Source: Spirochaetia bacterium
GTDB lineage: Bacteria > Spirochaetota > Spirochaetia > UBA9216
NCBI GenBank assembly: GCA_963675665.1
Contig: OY776510.1
Coordinates: forward strand, 4,512,001 to 4,576,000
DNA: 64,000 nt
Reading direction: 5' to 3'
Shown: piece by piece, positions 18,399-27,890 of the stretch
Layout: each line of letters starts with the position of its first letter
Numbering within the stretch: the stretch's first letter is position 1
Translations under genes and position numbers: made by a program
The notes under the pieces: model-generated
What the model was told of the DNA's origin: nothing
Seen by the model: the letters and a program-made list of their open reading frames with translations, nothing else
Databases searched by the model: none

Positions 18399-19415
18399 TC
18401 AGCCTCCGGAAACCTGCAGCATACGTTTTACCGATTCTGAGGCTGATTCCCGAAGATCTTCAGGAATCTCAACCTCATACTGCTCTTCACGCAGCGCCAG
18501 CAGGATGTTTTCAAGCGTAAGCTTCTCCATATGAGGACAACGAAACTGCGGAGCCGGTATAAATTTTTTACGGGAATCATTAAGGATAATGTTCTTTTCC
18601 ATTGCCGCTTCCGAAAAAAGACAGAACTCTTCAGCGCTGCTGCTCTGCATATGTTTTATCATAGCGGAAGTACTCCCGACATAGTCTGCTGCATCTGCAA
18701 CATCAGGCGGACATTCCGGGTGTGCAAGTATTACTGCTCCGGGATAATCTGAGCGGATTTTATCAATATCGCTCAACGAAAACCTTTCATGCACTTCGCA
18801 CCGGCCTTTCCATCCGATAATCTCTCGGCGGGTTCCATTGTTGGAACCTGCATTATTTTTATTTAAAGTCCGTGAGATATTGGCCATTAGATATTCATCC
18901 GGAAGAAAGAGTATCTGATCCTTGTCCAGTATCTCCAGAACATTCTCTGCATTGCCGGAAGTACAGCAGATATCTATCTCCGCCTTTACCTCCGCATATG
19001 TATTTATATATGCTGCAACAGCTGCATCAGGATATTTCCTTTTAAGTGCGCGAACATCTTCAGCCGTGATACTTTCTGCAAGTGAACAGCCTGCGTCAGT
19101 AACCGGGATGAGAACTTTTTTATCAGGATTCAGCAGCTTGGCGGTTTCAGCCATAAATGAAACCCCGCAGACAATCAGCATATCATTTTCGGCGCTTACT
19201 GCCCTGCGGCTGAGTTCCAGGGAATCACCGGTTATATCGGCGACGCTGTGAAAAATCAACGGGTCGATATAATTATGCACAAGAAGCAGCGCGTTCTTTT
19301 CCCGTTTAACACGCAGAATTTCTTCAGCTATTTCAGCTTTCTCCCGAAGCAGGCCGGCAGGGAGCTCCTCTCCCAATATTGTTTTCAGCCTGCCATGGAT
19401 TGCTGCTGCTATCAT
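18399..19415 (-). CDS. nadA: Quinolinate synthase
   Basis: HNY, GDSL, CGV.FMAE, AGCSLA, YINT, HPEC, GST and CPHM. Confidence 0.95.
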   Translation of the reverse strand: MIAAAIHGRLKTILGEELPAGLLREKAEIAEEILRVKREKNALLLVHNYIDPLIFHSVADITGDSLELSRRAVSAENDMLIVCGVSFMAETAKLLNPDKKVLIPVTDAGCSLAESITAEDVRALKRKYPDAAVAAYINTYAEVKAEIDICCTSGNAENVLEILDKDQILFLPDEYLMANISRTLNKNNAGSNNGTRREIIGWKGRCEVHERFSLSDIDKIRSDYPGAVILAHPECPPDVADAADYVGSTSAMIKHMQSSSAEEFCLFSEAAMEKNIILNDSRKKFIPAPQFRCPHMEKLTLENILLALREEQYEVEIPEDLRESASESVKRMLQVSGG

Positions 19416-19417
19416 GT

Positions 19418-20281
19418 TTATACCCCCGGTTGTTCCATTAACAGAGATATATCAAGGGCCTTAACTGAATGAGTAAGACTTCCGACAGAGATATAATCAA
19501 CGCCTGTGCCGGCAATTTGCCTGACCCGTTCCAGGGTTACATTCCCCGACGCTTCAAGAGGTACCAGTCCGCCGGCAATCTGCACAGCTTTTTCCATTTC
19601 CTTATCCGGCATATTATCAAGAAGAATTCGGTCGACATTGAGATCAAGCGCCTCACGAAGTTCGTCGATATTTTTCACTTCCACTTCAATTTGCATATCA
19701 TCGGAAACGCAACGCCGTATTCGATTAACAGCTTCGGAGATACTCCCGGCTGAGCTTATATGGTTTTCCTTGATAAGCACCATATCAAACAGCCCGAACC
19801 GGTGATTCTGCCCTCCGCCGATTTTAACGGCTAATTTATCGAGGAATCTCAATCCCGGCGTTGTTTTTCTGGTATCGAGAATCACTGCTGACGTTCCGGC
19901 AACAGCCTTTACAAATTCCCCTGTTGCAGTTGCTATTCCGGACATTCTCTGAAGGATATTAAGGACAGTGCGCTCAGCTGAAAGAATTACACGGGAGGGC
20001 CCGCACACCCTGGCAATATCCTGACCTGCGGTTACCCTTTCTCCGTCTTTTACCGAGGGTGAAAAAACTACCAGGTCGCCTGCGGCTGCGAAAGTTTCTT
20101 TTACGATATCCATTCCTGCAATAATGCCGTCCTCTTTCGCCAAAAGCCGCGCCGTCTGAAACTGGTGTTCGGGAACTATACAGAGGGTTGTTACATCTCC
20201 GGTGCCTATATCTTCACTTAAAGCCTGCTCAATTACGGCCCGGATTCTGCTCTGAGTTGTTTTATCACATGCTACGTTCAC
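19418..20281 (-). CDS. nadC: Nicotinate-nucleotide pyrophosphorylase (carboxylating)
   Basis: DTRKTTPG, NHR, LIKENH, LLDN, EASG and VDYISVG. Confidence 0.96.
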   Translation of the reverse strand: MNVACDKTTQSRIRAVIEQALSEDIGTGDVTTLCIVPEHQFQTARLLAKEDGIIAGMDIVKETFAAAGDLVVFSPSVKDGERVTAGQDIARVCGPSRVILSAERTVLNILQRMSGIATATGEFVKAVAGTSAVILDTRKTTPGLRFLDKLAVKIGGGQNHRFGLFDMVLIKENHISSAGSISEAVNRIRRCVSDDMQIEVEVKNIDELREALDLNVDRILLDNMPDKEMEKAVQIAGGLVPLEASGNVTLERVRQIAGTGVDYISVGSLTHSVKALDISLLMEQPGV

Positions 20282-20319
20282 TCTGTCTCCTCATTATCAG
20301 TGATAGCTTGACTGCAGCG

Positions 20320-20364
20320 ATTGTAGGACAAGTTAACTGAAAAGTCAATTGTCTTGTCACTTGT
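20320..20364 (-). promoter_or_regulatory. nad operon promoter with putative NiaR operator
   Basis: TTGACT-N17-TACAAT (20348-20320); an imperfect palindrome CAATTGTCTTGTCACTTG overlaps the -35 and resembles the TGTCTTGACA core of NiaR boxes. Confidence 0.65.
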
Positions 20365-20422
20365 CTTTTCAGTTAACCTGAATAGATACTGTAAATCTGA
20401 AAACAGCCATTGCCCTGCTTCC

Positions 20423-20475
20423 AAAAAAAAGCCCGAAACGGGAACCGGACAATACCGGGCTTCCGCTTCGGACCT
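20423..20475 (-). terminator. Long-stem intrinsic terminator after the lipoprotein gene
   Basis: GGTCCGAAGCGGAAGCCCGG-tattgt-CCGGTTCCCGTTTCGGGCT followed by a T run on -. Confidence 0.75.
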
Positions 20476-22125
20476 GATATGATGTCCTGATCTTCCGTAA
20501 GCTCTAATCTTTCATCAGCAATCCCGAGCTATTGTACTTCCATACAATCATATCGGTGGTTCCGGCAGTATAACTTTCGCCGCAGACATATATATTTCCT
20601 GCTGAATCCAGCGCTATTCCCAGCCCCATATCGTCATTGTTCGCTCCGCCGCTTGCAGCCCCATTGTGGGACACAATACCGTCTTCATCAAAGCTGGTCA
20701 CAGGATTTCCGCTGCTGTCATACTTCCAGATTGTCATATCAAGAGTTGCCGTTGTTTCATCGTTATAACTGCTGCCGCAGATGTATAAGTTTCCATCATT
20801 GTCAATCACAATAGCCCTGCCGTAATCATCTCCGTCCACAGCTCCCGCGGCACCGTTTGATATCAGAACCCCGCCTGAACCGAATGAAGAAACAGGGCTT
20901 CCGCTGTTGTTATATTTCCAGACTGCCATATCAATATCGTTGCCGTTATCAATTGTCCCAGCAATATAGATGTTTCCGTCCGGAGCAATAACCAAATCAT
21001 TGGCAGATGCGGTGTTAATACCGTTATCATAGGTTACATAGCCGTCGTCATCAAAACTCAGATCAAGGCTCCCGCCTGAATCATATTTCCAGAGGATCAT
21101 ATCGTAATTACTTGCACCGTCGCCGGTATTCCCGGCAATAAATATACTCCCGTCATCGTCTACAGCAATAGCATATCCGCAATCAAAGCTGCTTGTTTCA
21201 TCCGAACCGCTGACGTTCTGCTTAACCCACCCGGAAGTATCGAAATTATCAGCATCAATATTTCCTGCAGGAGAATATTTTACCAAAAACATATCATCGC
21301 GATTTTGATCAGGTCCTGAAGCATTTTGATAACGTCCGGTTACATAGATATTTCCATCGATCCCGATTGCCAGATCTTCAGCCCATGCATGAGATCCGCC
21401 CGGATTACCGACCGTTGAGACTTCTATACCGTCGCCGCTGAAACCGTTGTCAAGATCGCCCGCTGCGGTATGCTTCCATGTACAGCTGTAGACAAGCCCA
21501 AGGAAACTGTTTCCTGCTGCGTAGACACCTCCGGCTGAATCAAGCGCTATTGCCTTAGCCGAATCGCCGTTGGGATATGCAGTATCATAGCCACCGTCCC
21601 TGAATACAATTCCACCGTTGCCGAAATCCGTATCAAGCGTGCCCGATCGATCAAATTTCCAGATTGCCATATCATTTTCAGTTAATGCGTTCACACCTTC
21701 TACGCTGTAACCGGCAACAAAGACATTGCCTTCGGAATCGACAACTATATCATAACCCTTATCATAATCATCAGCCGTTTCATTATTCCAGACATAAAAA
21801 CCGTCGCCGTCGAACGAATCAGAAAAGAGATCCGTCCATCCTGCATAAAGTGTCATATCAGACTGGACCCTGTCTGCAGCAAAATCCCACTTTTTCGACA
21901 AGATTGAATCACTGAACCATCCCCCTATACTGTAGCCGGCTAACAACGGAGAGGCAGGTTCGGTTATTAAACCGCCGGCGACCACTACCTGGTCGGCTAC
22001 AGCAGAACCTCCATTGGACTCGAAAACAACAGTATAAGTGACAGGATTATTTGTATCCGGTGAATCGACACAGGATATCAGAAAAAATAAAATTATCAAC
22101 ACCAGAAATGCCGGAAATACTTTTT

Positions 22126-23331
22126 TGGCCGGAGAAGAAACATGGTTCCCCCCTGTTGCCCAAAGTCAACGAAATCAGGCAGCATAGGGTTCCACAAAAA
22201 ACCAACCCAAGGAAGGAACCATGTATACATACTACCAACTTATCAAAAACAGTAAAGACCCTGTGCCGCATAGAGCAGAATTAGTAAAATATGCCATCAA
22301 GCATGGAAACAAGCCTGCAGCACGAAAGTTCCAAACCAGCGTAAAGACAGTTAGAAAATGGCGTAGACGATATGAAGAAGGTAAACGCCCTGCGTTACGA
22401 GATAGCTCAAGACGTCCTCACCATTCGCCAAATGAAATCATGCCATTCTGGCGATTCAAGATACTTGATATTTGTGAAACAGCAAAGAAACGAAGAAAGC
22501 GAATAAACGCAGTTCTTATCAAACGCAAATACAATATCCCTTATTCAACAAAAACCATATTGAAAATAATGCATGAATCAGGCTTCCTCCCCCAGAAACA
22601 GCGGAAATATCAACGGAAACGCGACCTCAGAGAACTAAAAAAGATGCTGAAACCGTTTGAGAAGATTCAGGTCGATATCAAGTATCTTGATGATATTCCT
22701 GAGTTCTATACCGCATATAGGGTTTTCAGACTTCCAAAATACCAGATTACAGCCCGATGTGTTCGTACAGGGGCCTTATTCTATGCGTATGCTGAACAAA
22801 AAACATCAACAGCCACTACGATGTTTCTGTTGAGGCTTGGAGAGCATCTTCAGGAACATGGGGTTGATTTGAAAACAGTAACAATACAGACCGATAACGG
22901 TACAGAATTTGCCTCAACCTGGAACAGTCTTAATAAGTGTGTATTTACAAAGGCAATTGAACAGATTTGGAAGTCTGAGCATAGAACCATACCTCCTGGG
23001 GCTAAAACGTGGCAGAGTGATGTTGAAACTTCTCACAGGTTGATTGAGGACGAGTTTTATGCATTTGAAGAGTTTCCAACACGCTTCCAATTCTTCCGAA
23101 AGGCGGCTAAATATCAGCGCTGGTATAATTGCGAACGAAACAATTCATACAAGAATGGAACACCTCTTCAAATTATGCGGCAGGCACAGGTCAAATATGA
23201 TTCAAGTATAATGATTTTGAAACCTATACGAATTGACACTATGTATAAAAAATACAAAGATACATTCAAAATCCTTGCTGCCTGATTTCATCATTGCAAC
23301 AGGGGGGGGAACCATCACTTTTCAGATCCCA
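22126..23331 (+). mobile_element. IS481/IS1202-related insertion sequence with long target duplication
   Basis: Ends TGG-N5-GAA-N5-ATGGTTCCCCCC(CC)TGTTGC in inverted orientation; direct repeat CCGGAAATACTTTTT(T) at 22111-22125 and 23332-23346. Confidence 0.88.
22221..23285 (+). CDS. DDE (rve) transposase, IS481-like
   Basis: N-terminal HTH (TVRKWRRRY..L.D.SRRPH.SP); QVDIKY, QTDNGTEF and VETSHR. Confidence 0.9.
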   Translation: MYTYYQLIKNSKDPVPHRAELVKYAIKHGNKPAARKFQTSVKTVRKWRRRYEEGKRPALRDSSRRPHHSPNEIMPFWRFKILDICETAKKRRKRINAVLIKRKYNIPYSTKTILKIMHESGFLPQKQRKYQRKRDLRELKKMLKPFEKIQVDIKYLDDIPEFYTAYRVFRLPKYQITARCVRTGALFYAYAEQKTSTATTMFLLRLGEHLQEHGVDLKTVTIQTDNGTEFASTWNSLNKCVFTKAIEQIWKSEHRTIPPGAKTWQSDVETSHRLIEDEFYAFEEFPTRFQFFRKAAKYQRWYNCERNNSYKNGTPLQIMRQAQVKYDSSIMILKPIRIDTMYKKYKDTFKILAA

Positions 23332-23406
23332 CCGGAAATACTTTTTTCATTTTACAACTCCATTAATAAATAATATAATTGTAACACCCATATAGAAATA
23401 TGAAAA

Positions 23407-23459
23407 ACAAAAAAAGCCCTGGGCGGAAAACCGGTAATACCGGCCCTCCGCATCGGGCT
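23407..23459 (-). terminator. Long-stem intrinsic terminator downstream of tyrS
   Basis: AGCCCGATGCGGAGGGCCGG-tatta-CCGGTTTTCCGCCCAGGGCT followed by a T run on -. Confidence 0.72.
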
Positions 23460-23665
23460 AAATTCAATATCTCCGTCCCGGCGAATAAAACCCTGCAAGG
23501 CAATTCTCCGGAAGTCTTTATTTTTTCTCTTTGCCGGAGCGCTATAAACACTCCCGGGCGGTTGCAGACTTATCCGCACATAACGTCTTAATCGCCCCGC
23601 AACCATCCATCCGGCAGCGGCTTGGGTTCGGCGGTTGTTTAACCTGCAGCTGCAATCAGAATTAT

Positions 23666-24919
23666 TTACTTCACCACTACTCGAAAGTATCTTTTTTTGC
23701 CTGCCTTGAGCATTATCTCGCCGTCGACAATGCTGTCGCTGCCGATAACCGCATCGATATTGGTTATCTGCTCTTCGTTCACGCGCGCGCCGCCCTGCTG
23801 GACAAGACGCCTCGCCTCGCCTCGCGAACTGCACAGATCGGTCCGGGCAAAAAGGTCCATAATGCCTATGCCCGCATCAAGCTCGGCGGCAGGGATCTCT
23901 ACAGATGGAATGGCATCCCTGTCTGCAGCTCCGCCTGTTCCACCTCCGGAGCTGAACGCGGCGCGGGCCGCCTCAAGCGCCTTCTGCGCCTCCTGCTCGC
24001 CGTGGATAATCTTAGTCTGCTCGAATGCAAGCCGTTCCTTGGCGCGGTTAATCTCGGCGCCGGGCAAAGCTTCAAGCTCGGCTATCTCTTCCATTTCAAG
24101 GAAGGTGAAAAACTTCAGGAACTTGCCCACGTCGGCGTCGGCGACGTTTCTCCAGTACTGGAAAAACTCATAGGGGCTGAACATATCCGGGTCAAGGAAT
24201 ACGGCCCCTTTTTCGGTCTTTCCCATCTTCTTGCCGTCGGAACGTGTGACAAGCGGGAAAGTCAGCCCGATTGCCTCCGCTTCCGGCCCCTCGATACGGC
24301 GTATAAGCTCCATGCCGGCGACAATATTCCCCCACTGGTCGTCGCCGCCCATCTGCATCTTACAGCCGTAGTCCTGGTGCAGTTTTAAAAAGTCGTAGGA
24401 CTGCAGCAGTTGATAGTTGAACTCGATAAAATTAAGGCCCTTCTCAAGCCGCTGCTTGTACGACTCAAAACTCAGCATCCGGTTGACCGAAAAGTGAATT
24501 CCTATATCGCGCAGAAACTCGAGGTAGTTCAGAGGGCCCAGCCAGTCGTAGTTATTGACCATCAGCGCCTTTCCCTCGCCGAAGTCGATTATCTTTCCAA
24601 GCTGGTCCTTAATAGACTTTGAGTTTTCCTGAATCTGCTCTATTGTGAGCATCTTCCGCATGTCGGATTTCCCCGAAGGGTCTCCGATCATCGAGGTGCC
24701 GCCGCCGACAAGGGCAATAGGCCTGTGCCCTGCTTTCTGAAGGTGGTGCATCGCGAAAAACGGCACCATATGCCCGATATGCAGGCTCTTCCCCGTCGGA
24801 TCAACCCCTACGTAGAAGGTAACCTGTTCAGTCTCAAGAAGCCTTTCAAGCGCTTCCAGATCCGTACACTGCTGTACGAATCCTCTTTCCTGTAATATTT
24901 CAAGGCCCGATTTAGCCAT
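23666..24919 (-). CDS. tyrS: Tyrosine--tRNA ligase
   Basis: YVGVDPT, HIGH, GGDDQWGNI, KMGKT and a C-terminal S4 domain. Confidence 0.98.
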   Translation of the reverse strand: MAKSGLEILQERGFVQQCTDLEALERLLETEQVTFYVGVDPTGKSLHIGHMVPFFAMHHLQKAGHRPIALVGGGTSMIGDPSGKSDMRKMLTIEQIQENSKSIKDQLGKIIDFGEGKALMVNNYDWLGPLNYLEFLRDIGIHFSVNRMLSFESYKQRLEKGLNFIEFNYQLLQSYDFLKLHQDYGCKMQMGGDDQWGNIVAGMELIRRIEGPEAEAIGLTFPLVTRSDGKKMGKTEKGAVFLDPDMFSPYEFFQYWRNVADADVGKFLKFFTFLEMEEIAELEALPGAEINRAKERLAFEQTKIIHGEQEAQKALEAARAAFSSGGGTGGAADRDAIPSVEIPAAELDAGIGIMDLFARTDLCSSRGEARRLVQQGGARVNEEQITNIDAVIGSDSIVDGEIMLKAGKKRYFRVVVK

Positions 24920-24997
24920 ATATTTATCCTCTAACCGTTTGATTTGCGTGAAGTATTCACGGCACGTGAATACTTCAAATTAAAGATTACGGACGCG

Positions 24998-26350
24998 TTA
25001 TACGCGTTTGTAATCTTTAATAGCTTTTTTGATAGTCGGAACAAGCTCGTCTATTCCGACCCTGACCTGCTCCATCGAATCGCGCATTCGAAGCGTTACG
25101 GTTTTATCTTCCTTGCTGTCATAGTCGACAGTAACGCAGAATGGTGTTCCGATTTCGTCCTGGCGCCGGTAGCGTCTACCGATAGCGCCGGACTGGTCAT
25201 AAAACGTAGTGAAGTCGTCGCGCAGGTCTTCTTCGATCCCGCGGGCCAACTCCGCAAGCCCGTCCTTTTTTACGAGCGGAAAAACCGCCACGGTAATGGG
25301 AGCAATATTCGGATGAAACCGCATTACGGTCCTTGAATCCGGGTTGCCCTTTGAGTCGACCCCAAGGTCTTCCTCTTCATACGCGTCCGAAAGAATCATC
25401 AGCACGCTTCGGGTAAGCCCGGCCGATGTTTCGATAACGTACGGTATATATCGTTCCTTTGTTTCTTCTTCAAGGTAATTGATTTCCTTGCCGCAGTACT
25501 CGCTGTGGCGGCCCAGGTCAAAATCAGTTCGGTTGTGAACGCCCTCAAGCTCGGAAAATCCGAACGGAAAATCAAACTCGATATCGTAGGCGTCTTTTGC
25601 ATAATGGGCAAGCTCGCCCTCGCCGTGCTGGTGCCAGCGGATGCTGTCCGGATTTATTCCGAGCTTGTTCACATAGTAGTTCCAGCGCTGTTCCCGCCAG
25701 TAATCAAACCACTTCTCGTCCTCGCCCGGTTTTACGAAAAACTGCATCTCCATCTGCTCAAACTCGCAGGTACGGAAAATGAAGTTCTTGGTAGTAATCT
25801 CGTTACGAAAGGCCTTTCCCACCTGGGCTATTCCGAACGGAATCTTCACCCGGCTCGACTGCATTACGTTCTTGAAGTTGACAAAAATTCCCTGCGCTGT
25901 CTCGGGCCTGAGGTAAACTACCGAGCCGTCGTCGGCAACGGGCCCCATGTGGGTCTGAAACATCAGGTTGAACTGGCGCGGTTCGGTCAGCTCGCCGCCG
26001 CATTCCGGACACTTCTTCGATTCAAGCGCTTCCGGCTTAAGATGGTCGGCGCGGAAACGGGTTTTGCACTGCTTGCAGTCAACCAGCGGGTCCGAAAAGT
26101 TTTCGACATGACCGGAAGCCTCCCACACGCGCGGGTGCATCAGGATAGCCGCGTCAAGACCGACGATATTATCGTGCAGCTGCGTCATCTCCTTCCACCA
26201 GACATTCTGAATGTTCTTTTTAAGTTCCACTCCCAGCGGGCCGTAGTCCCAGGCGGAAGAAAGCCCTCCGTAGATCTCGCTCGACTGATATACAAAACCC
26301 CTGCGTTTGCACAGAGATACTAATTGGTCCATAGTTACGTTGTTCGCCAT
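24998..26350 (-). CDS. glyQS: Glycine--tRNA ligase (alpha2 type)
   Basis: [34 protein letters not shown] and [14 protein letters not shown]; ATG at 26350 has an AGGTG RBS. Confidence 0.97.
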   Translation of the reverse strand: MANNVTMDQLVSLCKRRGFVYQSSEIYGGLSSAWDYGPLGVELKKNIQNVWWKEMTQLHDNIVGLDAAILMHPRVWEASGHVENFSDPLVDCKQCKTRFRADHLKPEALESKKCPECGGELTEPRQFNLMFQTHMGPVADDGSVVYLRPETAQGIFVNFKNVMQSSRVKIPFGIAQVGKAFRNEITTKNFIFRTCEFEQMEMQFFVKPGEDEKWFDYWREQRWNYYVNKLGINPDSIRWHQHGEGELAHYAKDAYDIEFDFPFGFSELEGVHNRTDFDLGRHSEYCGKEINYLEEETKERYIPYVIETSAGLTRSVLMILSDAYEEEDLGVDSKGNPDSRTVMRFHPNIAPITVAVFPLVKKDGLAELARGIEEDLRDDFTTFYDQSGAIGRRYRRQDEIGTPFCVTVDYDSKEDKTVTLRMRDSMEQVRVGIDELVPTIKKAIKDYKRV

Positions 26351-26457
26351 ATTTATCACCTTTGTAAGGAATTAAAACACCACCGGAGTCCCGAAGGTAC
26401 ATCTAAAATATAACAAATCGAGCATAGTTTCAAGCGTAAGATTATTATGGAAGAGTT

Positions 26458-26560
26458 GGGCGTGCCCCCCGCCCCGGCTGCGCCATTGCGGGGGTCGGGC
26501 TGCTGTAGGCTCCGCTCCCGCTCCGGCCGCTATGCGGCTGCCCTTGCGCATCCCTCACGC
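26458..26560 (+). ncRNA. Flavo-1-like RNA motif / repeat element
   Basis: GC-rich island with GGGCGT...GGTCGGGCT...ATCCCTCACGC hallmarks, matching the Flavo-1 consensus as recalled. Confidence 0.6.
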
Positions 26561-26631
26561 GGGGACTTTCTCCTTGAAATTTCATACCTGTTATATGATT
26601 TTTCAAGCATATATGATATACTTGAAGAGGT

Positions 26632-27774
26632 ATGAAATACATAAAAAGAAAGAAAGATCTTTATGAAGTAAACTCTTTGATTGATCAATTCCCGGTTACA
26701 GCCATCCTGGGGCCTCGCCAGTGCGGAAAAACAACACTTGCTAAAGATATAAAATCAACTGTTTATTTTGATTTGGAGAATCCCCGCGATCTGGTAAAGT
26801 TTGATAATCCCCAGCTATTGTTAGAGGATATAAAGGGTCTAATAGTAATAGATGAAATTCAGCGAAAACCCGAATTATTTCCTCTATTGCGTTACCTGGT
26901 AGATAACAACAAGAAACAAAAATACCTTATACTCGGAAGCGCTTCAAAAGATTTAATAAGACAAAGTTCCGAATCTCTTGCAGGACGGATTGCTTATCAT
27001 GAACTATCAGGCTTTACCCTCGGCGACGTCGGGGCTGAGCAGATAAAAAAAATATGGGAGTACGGCAGTTTTCCCGAATCTTTTCTGGCAGTAAACAGCG
27101 AAAAAAGTTATCTGTGGCGGGAAAACTATATTACAAATTTTCTGGAAAGAGACATCCCTCAGCTAGGTATACAGATTCCAGCCGGCGCCCTGAGGCGTTT
27201 CTGGATGATGCTGTCGGATTATCACGGAAATATAATCAATTACTCCGAATTAGCCCGTTCTTTTGGAATATCAGATATGACGGTCAGAAAATATATTGAG
27301 ATTCTACAGGGCACATTCATGGTAAGGGTTTTACAGCCGTGGTTTGAAAACATAAATAAAAGGCTGGTAAAGAACCCCAAAATCTACTTAAGAGACAACG
27401 GCATCTACCATACGCTGCTCACTATTGAAAGCTATGAAGATCTATTGAATTCTTCAAAACTCGGCGCATCGTGGGAAGGCTTCGCCCTTGAGGAGGTCTC
27501 AAAGGTACTTGATAAAAGAAGCGAAGAGCTGTTCTTCTGGCGTACTCATGCTGGGGCGGAGCTTGATCTCTACTGGAAACAGCATGGAAACAGTTACGGC
27601 ATTGAATTCAAATACAACGAAGCCCCCAAAACCACAAAATCAATGAAAATTGTTATTGAAGACCTGAAGCTTTCTCATCTGTGGATTGTATACCCGGGTA
27701 ACGATCTTTATAAACTTGATAAAGATATCACTGTATTACCGCTGAAGCAGATAAATATCCTGTCTGAAATTTAA
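26632..27774 (+). CDS. AAA+ ATPase with DUF4143 domain
   Basis: GPRQCGKT, IDEIQ, LGS, SESLAGR, PKIYLRD.G, FWRT..GAELDL and IEFK. Confidence 0.92.
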   Translation: MKYIKRKKDLYEVNSLIDQFPVTAILGPRQCGKTTLAKDIKSTVYFDLENPRDLVKFDNPQLLLEDIKGLIVIDEIQRKPELFPLLRYLVDNNKKQKYLILGSASKDLIRQSSESLAGRIAYHELSGFTLGDVGAEQIKKIWEYGSFPESFLAVNSEKSYLWRENYITNFLERDIPQLGIQIPAGALRRFWMMLSDYHGNIINYSELARSFGISDMTVRKYIEILQGTFMVRVLQPWFENINKRLVKNPKIYLRDNGIYHTLLTIESYEDLLNSSKLGASWEGFALEEVSKVLDKRSEELFFWRTHAGAELDLYWKQHGNSYGIEFKYNEAPKTTKSMKIVIEDLKLSHLWIVYPGNDLYKLDKDITVLPLKQINILSEI

Positions 27775-27810
27775 CAATCAGCATCCGGAAGCAATATGTT
27801 TCACTCCCTG

Positions 27811-27861
27811 CTCCGCCTTTTCAGTTGCTACGAAGCAGCCTCGGTTGAGCTGAAGGCGGAG
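27811..27861. repeat. Long inverted repeat between convergent genes (terminator or cruciform)
   Basis: CTCCGCCTTTTCAGTT...AGCTGAAGGCGGAG. Confidence 0.6.
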
Positions 27862-27890
27862 GGCAGAAACCCCGGAGCATATTCTTTCAC

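Larger units (their letters stand above)
20504..23350 (-). pseudogene. Surface lipoprotein (InlB B-repeat + delta-60/SBBP beta-propeller repeats), disrupted in its signal peptide by an IS
   Basis: Removing the IS and one target repeat restores MKKVFPAFLVLIILFFLISC in frame with 20504-22102; GGAG RBS upstream of the ATG at 23350. Confidence 0.88.

Noticed and set aside
23352-26323. Long antisense or overlapping ORFs over tyrS and glyQS (likewise over the ABC genes, gltX and nad genes)
   Set aside because: Shadow frames of GC-rich, codon-biased genes with no recognisable motifs.
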